This document shows, piece after piece, positions 1 to 12,218 of a stretch of DNA of 64,000 bases (position 1 is the stretch's first letter; every line of letters begins with the position of its first letter). Source of the DNA: Octopus sinensis (taxonomy: Eukaryota); NCBI RefSeq assembly GCF_006345805.1, contig NC_043004.1, positions 84,940,001 to 85,004,000 on the forward strand. Reading direction: 5' to 3'. Both the position numbers and the translations under genes were made by a program. The notes under the pieces were generated by a model that saw nothing but the letters and a program-made list of their open reading frames with translations, had not been told where the DNA came from and did not search any database.

Positions 1-1184
1 CCTAACGATATACAAAAACGCTGGAATGTAATATCTTACGCTCATGCAGTCACGAATGCATTAAATCACGTTCGCATACATACACGTGTGCAGTGCTACT
101 AAGGCAAAGTATTCGCACGCACACATACACATACATATACACATACACACGCACACTTTCATACAACCATTCATGCATACAACCACGCACATATTCATAC
201 AACACAGGCATGCCCGCATTCACACAGCTGGTACACACATTCACACACTATCACACACACGCACTCACTAGCCCTGTTTCTATCACATACCAAGTCCCAT
301 ATCCCCCACTAAAAAAAAACAACAGGTACCAGCAAACCACCAGCTTCTTGTCCATTGATGCGGTCTAAGAATTTATCATCTGTTGTCGCTGAAATACCAA
401 TCTCACATGTAGCAATAACATGTGACCAACTTTAAATGCGGAGCATATTTTAGCGTTGCCATCTTGGAACCCCAGAAGCGAATTTGAAATTTCTGTGTCC
501 CGTCATTCGGTCAACTGAGCTTGAACGAGCTGTGTTTCTGTGCGAAGCCTGCGAAACTTCAAGAGACACTGAACCTAACCAATCTCTTTGAAATAACATT
601 GGTATATTGAACTCGTACTAAATGTGTTGACTGCATTTTTGTTTTGTTTGCCCACTCACCCTTCCATCTGTACATACATGTGTGTAGATATATATGATTG
701 TACACACACACACACGCGCACACACACATACACATACACATACACACTGAGTTGTCAAACAGTTAAACCAAATTTTCTCAAAAGAGCTTGTCCGACAGTC
801 CCATGGGCCTCCCCTTTGAGAAACACAGATTTAACCTAAATTTGAGACACCAGCAAAAGAAGAAATAAAGATACTTTCTTTCTATTCCAAAGAAAAACGA
901 TTTTATTCACACAAATATGCAACCGAAGAGTTTAAAGTACCAGTAATGATAAGATTGTTGTCTGGGAGAACACAAACATGGTTTAAACAGATCTTTTCAT
1001 TAAAAAGTAATCAAGCATACCTTTATTTCAATAAAATTTTTGGTTTTGTTAAACGAAGATAAGGCAAAAAAGAAACTTCTTGAGAAACCAAATAGTCTTT
1101 CCTTCCTTCATGCCAAGTTTTAAGAAAATATCTCTTTTGCATCTTAATTTTTGGTCTCTTAAATATACTGTATTTTGTGGCATT

Positions 1185-1460
1185 ATTTCAAGCTAGCCGG
1201 TTTTTTTTGCGCAAACTGCACATGTATGTTTCTCGCGTACGCGTAGTATCGATCGCAACAGCTGATGTACTTGCGCGTATAAATGCACGTTCCCACGGCT
1301 TTATCGATTGCATTCTCACCTGGAATCGATTTTTGTAATTTTTTTTCAAGACTTGTACGTCGGTGTCTACATATCAAATTTGAACGGAATCGGATGGAGG
1401 ATGCACGAGATCCTAGAAGACACACACACAAACAGAACAGATTTTATATAATATATATAT
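1185..1460 (+). mobile_element. Possible DINE-1/HINE-like non-autonomous Helentron remnant
   Basis: CpG-rich segment ending in 'tcaaatttgaacggaatcggatggaggatgcacgagatcctagaagacacacaca...agattttatata'. This resembles the DINE-1-type 3' block (caaattt..aatcgg, short microsatellite, AT tail). Termini not resolved. Confidence 0.3.
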
Positions 1461-2341
1461 ATATACCTAATTTCATTGTCTATGGCTACCTGACGTCATC
1501 CACCGTATTCGTACAATTCTTACTAGACACACACACACACACATATATGTGTGTGGGGGGAGTGTGCGTGTGTGTGTGCATAGACAGAGAGATAGATACA
1601 GAGATACATATATACATACATGCATACATACATAGATTACATGTTCGTTCTGAGAGGTCACTGTACTTTCTTGACACGATCAATCTTATCCTTTTCCATT
1701 CAGCTAAATTGCTTTCGTTCGTCAACACTTTCATCGCATTCTAAACTGTGTTTGAAGTGTGTTGAAACCGAGGAAATTTTAAGTAAATATTTAATATATA
1801 CGTCAGCATAATATGTTGATAGGTTCTTTGCGGAAAATCAATTCTTCTTCGAATAGAATCGTGATAAATTAGTTAAACTGTATATTTGCAATGCTATTTA
1901 TTAATGACATGTGATTACTCTTCACTGATCTTGATTTATCGCTATCTACTTAGCTACTACTCATGTCACATATTACGGGAATTTATACAAATATTTCTAT
2001 TCATCTTTGGTGTCATTATTATTGAAGTTTTCCTTTAAGATTATTATATACTGACTTAGCAAAAGTTAACTTTTGTTCTTCTTGTCATATAATATGAATG
2101 ACTTAATATAATAAATATCACAGCGTTGTTTGCATCTCAATTGTTATATTCACCTTACATTAATTATGCCGTTCTAGTGCATTAACACACACGCGAATAC
2201 TTACACGCGTACACATACATAAAGGTACAAGCATATATACGTGTATGTATATATGTGGATACATATGTATATTTATATGTGATTAACTGTATATATATAT
2301 ACATATAAATGCGCTTATATACATGTGTGGTGTTAAAAAAT

Positions 2342-2342
<1 letters not shown>

Positions 2343-2392
<50 letters not shown>

Positions 2393-2478
2393 GTCATTAT
2401 TATTATCATCATTGTCATTATTATTATCATTATTATTATGATCATTTTCATTATTATTATGATTAGTATTATTATTAT
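2343..2478. repeat. (ATT)n microsatellite
   Basis: Direct reading; flanks the 3' end of Dong/R4 fragment 1. Confidence 0.95.
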
Positions 2479-3167
2479 CTTTTTTTTCTTCTCCTTTCAA
2501 ATTTGCTTCCATTTCTTGCCGAGTGTCTTCCCGACTCCTAGGGCAAAGAAACTCATAGTATACATTGGTAGGCCATTAAACTAAATTCACTAGTTCGTTC
2601 ATTTTTTTTTAAGTTAAATTAAAATACATGGGTAGTAATAGTTCTCACATCGACAATGCTCTTCTCAATACGTGTGATGTACCAGTTAAGACAATATTTT
2701 GCACTTCTTGCAGGGATGTTAAGCCAGGGATCATCCTCATATAATTTTAGGTTCCCTTCTTGATCATTCCTAGTGCTCCTACGATCACTGGTATTGTAAC
2801 CGCCTTGAGATGCCACATTTTCTCAATTTCAATGAGCGGGTCTTTATATTTTCTGAGCTTGTCAAACTCTTTTGCCGAGATATTATGATCACAGGAGATG
2901 CTCATGTCGATCAATAAGCAAACTTTATTGTTTTGGTCTTCCACAACAATATCTGGTTTATTGGCTTTGATGGTTCGGTCTGTATGTACTGGAAAGTCCC
3001 ACAGAATGGTTACATTTTCTCCTTCAGTTACAGCTTCAGGGTGGTGATTATACCACTTGTCGGCAGTTTTGATATTGTAATGCCGACTTATTAGCCAGTG
3101 TAGATATTGGCCAACTCTGTCATGTCTTAATTTATACACCACTGGTGCTAAGATTTTACATCCAGAG
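2479..3167 (-). mobile_element. R4/Dong-clade non-LTR retrotransposon, 5'-truncated: C-terminal restriction-like endonuclease (RLE) plus 3' UTR (fragment 1)
   Basis: Minus strand reads SGCKILAPVVYKLRHDRVGQYLHW...ILWDFPVHTDRTIKANKPDIVV...LLIDMSIS...KLRKYKDP..EIEKMWHL..IPVIVGALGMI, with RHD, PD..D and K..KY RLE motifs. In-frame stop at 2747-2749, then NYMRMIPG..LQEVQNIVLTGTSHVLRRALSM* ending at 2645. (ATT)n on both sides. Confidence 0.9.
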
Positions 3168-3184
3168 ATTATTATTATTATTAA

Positions 3185-3243
<59 letters not shown>

Positions 3244-3263
3244 TATTATTATTAATATTATTA

Positions 3264-3330
<67 letters not shown>
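3168..3330. repeat. (ATT)n microsatellite
   Basis: Direct reading; source of the poly-N/poly-I stretches in the ORF track. Confidence 0.95.
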
Positions 3331-3331
<1 letters not shown>

Positions 3332-3603
3332 TTCTCTTTTACGACAGGTTTTGTTGGAGCTCCTGGATTCTTGCATTCGTAGCGGGCTTACTACCTGTTG
3401 TCTTCGGTACAATGCAATTCGTTCGTTTCAGCTAATACTTTTGTGATCATTCTGACCTTGCCAAGGAGGCAAACATCTTGTAACAGTTCTACTGAGTACT
3501 CTATTCCAATTTCATTTATATTCCTTTTGATGCCTTCTGATACTTTTCCCAAGGACCCAAAATTATTAGCACTGCTTTCATATTCTTCATTTTCTATAGC
3601 CTG
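3331..3603 (-). mobile_element. R4/Dong-clade 3' end, second subfamily (fragment 2)
   Basis: With one stop and one frameshift the minus strand reads RL*KMKNMKAVLIILG/SLGKVSEGIKRNINEIGIEYSVELLQDVCLLGKVRMITKVL, homologous to the RLE C-terminus of fragments 1 and 3. A short 3' UTR runs into (AAT)n. Confidence 0.75.
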
Positions 3604-3634
<31 letters not shown>

Positions 3635-3753
3635 TTCTTGTTGTTGTTCTTCTTCTTCTTCTTTTTCTTCTTCTTCTTCTTCTTCTTCTTCTTTTTCTTC
3701 TTCTTCTTCTTCTTCTTTTTCTTCTTCTCCTTCTTCTTCGTCTTCTTCTTCTT

Positions 3754-3784
<31 letters not shown>

Positions 3785-3807
3785 TTATTATTATTATTAT
3801 TATTATT
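3604..3807. repeat. Compound (GTT)n(CTT)n(ATT)n microsatellite
   Basis: Direct reading. Confidence 0.95.
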
Positions 3808-4320
3808 CTATGTTTGACTTTTGCTTTATGTCTGTACAAGTTGGCTCCAAGTCTCACCCAGAGACCTCAAGAGACAACAGGTTGGAAGTTCTGTGCCATA
3901 TATTTGGGGGGTTTTTTTGTACTAGTGAATGTCTAATACATAAAAAAGAAATACAAATTAAAAAAAGTTTGTTTTAAACCTTGGGAGCACATAGAGAGTA
4001 TTTTGCGTAGGATATGAGCAGTTCCCATGAGCACTATCTTTTGAATTTCTGCCATTTTGAGGTTTCCTGGTATCTGAGTTAGGTAGCAATCAGTCCCTTT
4101 CGCTATCATTCCCAGGGCACCTATGACAACAGGTATTGTTTTAGTCTTCAGCTTCCACATTTTGCTGATTTTTATTTCAAGATCTTTATATTTGCTCAGT
4201 TTTTGGTAGGTCTTGACAGATACGTTTATATCGATTGGGACAGTCATGTCAATGAGGAGGCATGTTCTTTGTCTGAAGTCTTTCAATATAATGTCTGGCC
4301 TATTTGCATCTATCTTCCTT
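3808..4320 (-). mobile_element. R4/Dong-clade 3' end, third subfamily (fragment 3)
   Basis: RKIDANRPDII then ORF 3933-4286: KDFRQRTCLLIDMTVPID..KLSKYKDLEIKISKMWKL..IPVVIGALGMI..IQKIVLMGTAHILRKILS. (ATT)n on both sides. Confidence 0.9.
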
Positions 4321-4344
4321 ATTATTATTATTATTATTATTATT

Positions 4345-4985
4345 GAGTGAGAGAGCAGTTCATGCCATCAAAGTGACACTGGGGTAAAATATACGAAGCC
4401 CAATATACCCATTATGACTACCCGTCTGATAAAGGTACACCAGGCACATGCATCACAACCATATGTGCGCGACATGGTGATCTCATATCAAGATAAACAG
4501 CACATGACCTTGCAGGTGGGGCCCAGTTAGAATTTTCTTCAGGTTGAGTAGCCCATCCCGCTCAAACGGTCCCTGAATAAGGGTTATTTAAGGATGTTGA
4601 AAGAACCACCCATGTTTCCAGAGGTGAACTATTCAAACCCCAAACAATCCCTCTCAACACATGGCTATGATGCTCCCCCACTACTTCTGCTCGTGATCAG
4701 AGATGCACATATCGTCAGCCACTAAGGGACATGCTCAACTGGTTAAGGTCAAACAACTGACAAGCAAATCTGTGGTATTGAGCAGAATATTTGCTGTAGC
4801 CCATCTTTTATACCAAGACAAACCAATGTACATGATAACACTTCCAATCAGTTAAGATCAGAAGCCATGAGAGCCACTTATCAGAAGCCATGAGAGCCAC
4901 ATCAGAAGCCATGAGAGCCACTTTCAGAAGCCATGAGAGCCACATCAGAAGCCATGAGAGCCACATCAGAAGCCATGAGAGCCAC
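4345..4985 (-). mobile_element. Non-coding interspersed element in (TAA)n, copy 1 (529-bp core plus tandem junction repeats)
   Basis: 4345-4873 matches 47762-48290 with about 8 substitutions and no indels; both copies are flanked by (ATT)n on both sides. Strand inferred from the precise versus ragged end. Confidence 0.8.
4857..4985 (+). repeat. Six tandem copies of a ~21-bp unit ATCAGAAGCCATGAGAGCCAC
   Basis: Six units read directly, separated by 0-2 nt. Confidence 0.95.
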
Positions 4986-5044
<59 letters not shown>

Positions 5045-5631
5045 ATTATTTTTATTATTATAATTATTTTTATTGCCAAAATATGTTCTTTTATTTATTC
5101 CACTCCTGCTATACATGTATATACTGTAGAACTAAAATTAAATAAATATATTTTATTTCTTCTATTTAGCACTATTTTAGTTTTGTTTACAACTTAATTG
5201 ACTCGTCACTAGATAATTCTAAAATTGTGAACTGGATTCATTTTAATAAAATTATATTCATCTCACTATATTTTATATACAGGGCGATTACATTGTTTTT
5301 GCTATGGAAAATATTTGGCAACGCATGATTTAAAGAAATGTTTCTGTTTTAGAAGCAATATGAACAGTTAGTAGAGGACATGATTAGATGCTACCCATTT
5401 CCCCCCGTTCTTGACTGGTCCATAGTTTATTCAGCCCAGAAGTATAAAAGAAAAATCGACATAAAATACCGCTGTGGTACTACACCATTCGTCTTTGCAG
5501 AGCCAATTAAATCATATAATCGACCCCTGAAGCTGACTACATTCCTGTCTAATCGAAAGTAGCAAACGACAGCGCATACTTTGAAACGTAAACTGTAACT
5601 GCCATAACACTGAAGAAAATTTTGTTGTGCC

Positions 5632-5766
5632 TGGGGAGAGTCATTTACTTTTTGTGTCTTATAATTTAACACACCGGTAATTTCCACTTATTTCCTATTT
5701 TTATTTTATATTTTCCTAAAACTTTCGTTGCGTCTTGCAACCTTTTCAAGAAAATGACTCTCCCCA
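5632..5766. mobile_element. Internally deleted copy of the fold-back MITE at 7201-7458
   Basis: Termini TGGGGAGAGTCATT...AATGACTCTCCCCA; the interior matches one arm of the 7201 element (ttaacac..ccgg..tttccac..ttgcgtcttgcaaccttttcaa). Confidence 0.6.
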
Positions 5767-7200
5767 GAACAACAGAATATGGTTCAACACACGAACTCAC
5801 ATAAAGTATCTTGCAAACCAAATCCAAAAACGAAATACTGAAGAAAATTCTATCTGTCTGTCTGTTGTGTTTCAGTGCAGTGTCTGGAGCTTTTACAATC
5901 ATTAATTTATGACTAACGAGATTAGCAAACTTATCTACTGGCAACGAGTAGGAGAAACATAAGATTAAATGTTGTTTATATCACGTATAAAACCAAAACA
6001 AACGGACGTCACCTGTTTTTCACAAAGAGCAGCTTAGTAGCTTCTCCATAAAATATTCTATAATAAATTATATATCTGCTATATACAGCCTGTTCTAGTG
6101 CGTGATCTATTTCCATGGTATTTGAAGAGATTTAATATATATTTAAAGGACATTTATGGATTAGATAATTTTGTACGCTATTCATGAAGTAATTCAGAGA
6201 AAAAAATATTTTGAATAATTCTAGGCGGAGCACAAACGAAGAGCAGAAAAAATTCAGTGAATAGAACGTACGTCTTTTACATAAAGGAATTCGTTTGAAG
6301 CCAAATCATATAGTCAAATTTAGTGACGCAGATTCGCCTGCTGTGTTGTAGCATTATGAAATATAAAACGACACTCAACGCCCAATAATTGCGTAAATGT
6401 AAGGTACAAAATAATTCTTCAACGAAAATTCTGAGGTTACGCATAAAAAGATTCCGTGTGACCAGGCAGAATCTGAACGTCTGGTTCGGCAACAAATTAC
6501 ATTATGCGTCTTTATGAATCTGTTCGATTTACAAATAAAGAAATAAGTGTCAACGTTTTGAATACATTCAGGATAACCATGTGATTTTGATAGTTCTCTT
6601 TATTTCGTTTAAGTTTAAAGGCATTTCATTTTGCTTCGATTTCCTATTACATGTCTATCCCAGGAATCTATGTTGCATAAGTCGTGTAAAAAACAAAACT
6701 GCAGGAGAGTTAAAACATTGATGAAATAAAACGCTGAAATACAATATTCAACGCATATTTCCTTGGGTGGATGATGTAAATGCTTTGCATTTTGGATTTG
6801 TTTTTAATGTGAGAAATACTACATCGTATTTGACAGAAGCCAATAAAATCACTGGTCTTGCTTAAATGAAATACTAAGAATAAGTTAAGAGATACTTTAA
6901 ATTCTGGTCATTTAAAGGTATTTATTTTGATGACAGTGGAAGGAAAATACATTCTCGATGGTATAGAATATGTTGTTTTCTTCCGAAAAGTTTGGCTACC
7001 GGTGAAAGATTTGCATTATCTTCGTTTTCTTTCCTCAGAAACAAATAACTTGTAGTTTCTGTTTTTCGCTTAGAGCAATACGCTGTTTTGTTAATTCTTT
7101 TTCATCCTGCAATGTTTCCCAATAGATATTTTCCCTTTCTTCATAATATCTGCGAGCGGCTTTACAATTTGAATGGCTCTAAACTATCCTATCTAATATC

Positions 7201-7458
7201 TGGGAAAACTCATTCTTTTTTAGTGTTTTATTACTTAACACACTCACCGGTTCGATTTCCAACCATTTACTTATTTTTTTTTTCTAAATTTTTCATTGCC
7301 TCTTGCAACATTTTCAATAGTCGTCGACTCTCAGCGTCTACTGAAAAGGTTGCAAGAAGCAATGAAAAGTTTTGAAAAAAACAAATAAGCAAATGAGTGG
7401 AAATCGAACCGGCGCGTGTGTTAAGTAATAAGACACTAAAAGAGAATGACTCTCCCCA
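7201..7458. mobile_element. Fold-back MITE-like element
   Basis: Imperfect ~120-bp inverted arms (7201-7320 versus ~7338-7458) around a ~17-nt spacer; no ORF. Confidence 0.7.
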
Positions 7459-8039
7459 TATACAATAAATTATGCTTCAACGCAAGAATTCACATCCTTA
7501 ATCTAAACTTTATTTCCCAAATCCAAATTCATATAATTCAAAAACTGGGAAACTGAAACTGTCTGATATTTATTCATCCAATTAAAATTCTGTATATTGA
7601 GTACAGAATGTCTGTACTATTGAGCACTGTGTAAAGTTTATATTTTACTATGCCTTGAGTACAGTGTAAAGTTTATATGATAAAAATTAAACGAAGAAAA
7701 GTAAAGTGCAAGATTTTATTGAGCAAATGGCGTACAAACTAATACATTTCTTCTTCAGAGTATATTTGATTATTAGAAATCCACATACAACGAGTAATTA
7801 ACAAAACTATTCTTAATAAACCGCATTCAAATTCACCGATTTGTTTATTTTATACACGGAACGGGATATGGCACGGAATTGCACAGTATTTCCGGATTTC
7901 TTATAGCAGGATAGGGAATCCGATATTCTATTAAAGATACGATTTATTAAATATAACATTAAAATATTTTACTCTCCATAATGAAACGATGATATTTACT
8001 TGTATCATAACACGTTATATCCTTCCCAAGACATACTCT

Positions 8040-8257
8040 CATAGAGCCGGTTTCCCTGCTTCCATGCCGTATATTTTCCCCACATGGCCGGGACACCGGT
8101 TTGTCGCAGATTACTCATTTTTGCGAGTTGAGTGAACTGCAGCAACGGGAAATAAAGTGTTTTGCTAAAGAAGTTAACGCGTCACCCGCTCCAGGAAGTG
8201 AAACCACAATCTTGCGATTATGGGACCTACTTCCCTAACCACGAAGCCACACACCTC
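8040..8257 (-). mobile_element. tRNA-derived SINE (family C head and central domain, family D-type tail)
   Basis: Minus strand has an A box (tggcttcgtgg), a degenerate B box and a central 'gcaaaacactttatttcccgttgctgcagttcactca' shared with 42954. The tail resembles 45130-45200. Confidence 0.7.
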
Positions 8258-8937
8258 TAATATGTTATATCAGCATCTGTTACTAGTTTAATAACGAACA
8301 CAAAAACATATGCGTAACGTATTTCTTTCATTTCCAGGGCAACTGACATACGACATCTTTTTTTTTTTCAAATCGGAATGCTATGCCATGTTCTGGTACT
8401 GCGATATGTGAATAATCATAATCGTCATCTTTTGACTAACCGAATAATTCTTTCTTATATTTTCTGTTTAGTGGAAAACCAGACAAACATTTTATTTTTA
8501 TATTTCTATTTGTAAGTAAATTAATAAAGGTTACAGTTATAAACTTTGAAGTTCATTCTGTGTATTCATAATTATTAAATGCCAATGTGTCTTCGCTTGT
8601 AATTACGTAAGTATAACTTGAGTATTGTTAACTTCTACTCTTCTGTGTGCAGAACTAATTGAGAAAATATAGTTCTGCAAACAATAACCATTTCAAATAT
8701 AGATATAGAACAGTAATCCTTGAAAGACGTCTGGAGTAAAGTTTTTAAGAAAATAATTGTGTCTGTATTGCCTTTGGTCATGACTTCAAAGTCTTGCAGA
8801 CATTATAATTCTAAAACGCAACCGTGTACAATCAGACTACTCGTGTTATATTAGAAGTTAAAAGAACATCAATCTCCTGCGGGTTATTTTTGAAGAGTAT
8901 TTATCACAGGCCTCCACTGCTACGCCGCCCATAATAT

Positions 8938-8955
8938 GTATATATATATATATAT

Positions 8956-9003
<48 letters not shown>

Positions 9004-9069
9004 ATATATATATGTGGATATATATGTATGTAAATATATATATATATATATATATTTGTGTGTGCGCGA

Positions 9070-9118
<49 letters not shown>

Positions 9119-9251
9119 ATATATATACATGCATATATAAATTATATATATGGATATATGTATGCATGTAAATATATATATATATTATATATATATATGT
9201 ATGTGTGTGTGTTTGTGTGTGTATGTATATATATAATATATATATATAATT

Positions 9252-9283
<32 letters not shown>

Positions 9284-9319
9284 AATTTATATATATATAC
9301 GGATATATGTATGCAAATA

Positions 9320-9365
<46 letters not shown>

Positions 9366-9420
9366 ATACATACATATATACACAGGTATATACATACACA
9401 CGCACATACATACATACATA
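8938..9420. repeat. (TA)n/(TG)n low-complexity tract
   Basis: Direct reading. Confidence 0.9.
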
Positions 9421-9659
9421 CAGAGTGGGTACGCCACGTTGATAATTTGATCTAGACTTATATTATTAATAGAAACAATACATAAAATTGGCCTTAAAAT
9501 TCAACATCGTTATTATTATATTTACCTTTAAAATTGTCATCTAACAGAGTGGCTCCACAGTATCGTGTAGAAAGCTGACAAAGCTCAAACAGCAGTCGAT
9601 CCACCAGGCTCCCATAAGCATGGCTGCTATTCATGTGACCGATGCTAATTATTTACCCA

Positions 9660-10078
9660 GGCGCAGGAGTGGCTGTGTGGTAAGTAACTTGCTAACCAAC
9701 TACATGGTTCCGGGTTCAGTCCCACTGCGTGGCATCATGGGCAAGTGTCTTCTGCTATAGCCCCGGGGCCGACCAATGCCTTGTGAGTGGATTTGGTAGA
9801 TGGAAACTGAAAGAAGCCGTCGTGTATATGTGTGTATATATATATATGTATGTGTGTGTGTTTGTGTGTCTCTGTTTGTCCCCCTAGCATTGCTTGACAA
9901 CCGATGCTGGTGTGTTTCCGCCCCTATCACTTAGCGGTTCGGCAAAAGAGACCGATAGAAATAGTACTAGGGTTACAAAGATTAAGTCCCGGGGTCGATT
10001 TGCTCGACTAGAGGCGGTGCTCCAGCATGACCGCAGTCAAATGACTGAAACAAGTAAAAGAGTAAAAGAGTAAAAGAG
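9660..10078 (+). mobile_element. Full-length tRNA-derived SINE, family A (resembles octopus OK/OR-type SINEs)
   Basis: A box TGGCTGTGTGG, B box GGTTCAGTCCC, CORE-like 'tgggcaagtgtcttctgctatag', internal TA/TG microsatellite, 3' hairpin CAGTC-AAAT-GACTG and (GTAAAAGA)n tail. More than ten related copies in the window. Confidence 0.85.
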
Positions 10079-10549
10079 GTTGTGTATGCATGAAATCTAA
10101 CTTTAATTTTGCATAAGTTTCGTATACTGTGTTCGTGAGTCTTAATATCACGATTCCTTCCATGAATGTTTATAACATAAATTAAACATACATTATAAAC
10201 CCATAATTTCCATCCATTTCCATCATTTAATGTCGTTCATAAAATTGATTGCTCATTGCAGATAACTTACGAGTTCATGTTAAATGCTTGCTGCAGAAAC
10301 TGCATGCCGAATTGAAATTTCGATCAGTGTGGGTTTTGATTATACATGTGGTATCTCTTACAAAACACTACCTTCATCGGTGACGTATTTCGAAATTATT
10401 TATCCCTTTGGGGACGATGTAGGTCACTTTACGTATGTTCATCTGAATTTTACTATGAAATCTATGTTAGAATACGTAAACGCGCGTGTGTGTGTGTGGG
10501 AGTTTGTGTATACATATACATATATACACAAATAGATGTATTTCTTCAT

Positions 10550-10724
10550 ATATAGATAGAAAGTTAAACAGATAGATAGATAGATAAATCAATAAGTAAA
10601 TAGATAGATAGATAAGTAAATAGATAGATAGATAGATAGATAGATAGATGGATAGATAGATAGATAGATAGATAGATAAATAGACAGATATATAGATACA
10701 TAGAGAGAGAGAGATAGACAGGTT

Positions 10725-10781
<57 letters not shown>

Positions 10782-10826
10782 ATAGACAGATAGATAGATA
10801 CATAGAGAGAGAGAGATAGACAGGTT

Positions 10827-10871
<45 letters not shown>

Positions 10872-10914
10872 ATAGACAGATAGATAGATACATAGATAGA
10901 GAGATAGACAGGTT

Positions 10915-10978
<64 letters not shown>

Positions 10979-10985
10979 CATAGAT

Positions 10986-11067
<82 letters not shown>

Positions 11068-11100
11068 TATAGATAGATAGACAGATAAATAGACAGGTAG
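10550..11100. repeat. (GATA)n array with three copies of a higher-order cassette
   Basis: Cassette 'aatagacagata.atagatacataga(ga)ngatagacaggttgata' at ~10678, ~10780 and ~10870. Confidence 0.9.
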
Positions 11101-11824
11101 GTAGGTAGGTTGAGGGTTAAGCTATGTCAAACTTTCAATCAATGCTGGAGATTCCGCTCTGCATAGCAGATGTTTGTAATTCGTGCGCAGATGGAATTGA
11201 GCTCTGGTATTCAAATAAAAGTGTACACTTTACACACTGCATGTAATTATAACTCAGAGAAATAATTGTAGTCAGGACCTTGCATTCTACTGTATAATTT
11301 CCGCAAACATGCTGCCCATTTACATACCATTTCATCTGATATTTTTCCGAGGTTGGCTATATTAAACAATGTGTTGCAACTGAGAGATGGGAAAATTATA
11401 TGTAGCTTTGATAGAAATGACAGATGGCAATCATGGCTTTCCTTTCTGTCGACTAATGCAGGAATAAATGAATCTAAATAGACGGTTTCAGAAGAGAATT
11501 AGCTCGTATAAGTTTAGAGTTTAGCATTATAGCGTGTTTGTCTGTGCGTGTATAAAGCTAGAAGTAAATAGTATGTTAGGTTTTTTGTTCTTCACTTTTT
11601 GTCTCTTTCTTTTTCCTTTTTTCCTTAATTTCGTATATTGACTGGATTGCAATGACAATGAATCGCAAAAAGTACAAGGCTTCTTGTAGAGATGGCGACT
11701 TTTTTTTATCTTCTGAATTCTTAGAAGTTACGCGAAGAACTAAATGCGTTACTGAAACCTCATGAAGTTCAGTTACACATGTAACTCTTCACTGCTACGT
11801 CTTTTATTATTTTTATGTTTTACT

Positions 11825-12071
11825 TACTTCAGTCGTTAGTGTGTGGCCATGAAGAATTTTCGGCGAATAAATCGACTATAGTTCCATTTTTGAAAATATC
11901 TATTCTGCCAGATTCTTTCGACGAACTGCCAAGTTACAGGGACGTAAACACACTAACATAGGTTGTCATGCCCTTGTACGTGCGGAGAAACACAGACAAA
12001 CACAGACGCACACACAGAGACACACGTACAAACACACACACACACAACACACACACACACACAAACACACG

Positions 12072-12106
<35 letters not shown>

Positions 12107-12218
12107 CACACACAGACTGTCCGTATACGAAATACACAGAGGCTCTTGTCGACCGAAGATATTTTCCCAAGATACCATCCAGAGGGACTGAACCCGGAGA
12201 TGTGTGGTCGATAAGCAA
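11825..12218 (-). mobile_element. SINE family A, degenerate
   Basis: Matches the reverse complement of 9660-10078 (gttacagggacgtaaacaca, CA tract, gggactgaacccgga). Confidence 0.65.

Noticed and set aside
4345-4873. HDV-like or hammerhead ribozyme inside the TAA-targeted element
   Set aside because: A CTGAAGA occurs on the minus strand, but I found no matching GAAA or stems and could not build an HDV fold by eye. It needs a descriptor search.
4857-4985. CRISPR-like array
   Set aside because: The units are directly adjacent with 0-2 nt between them. There are no unique spacers and no cas genes, and the context is eukaryotic.
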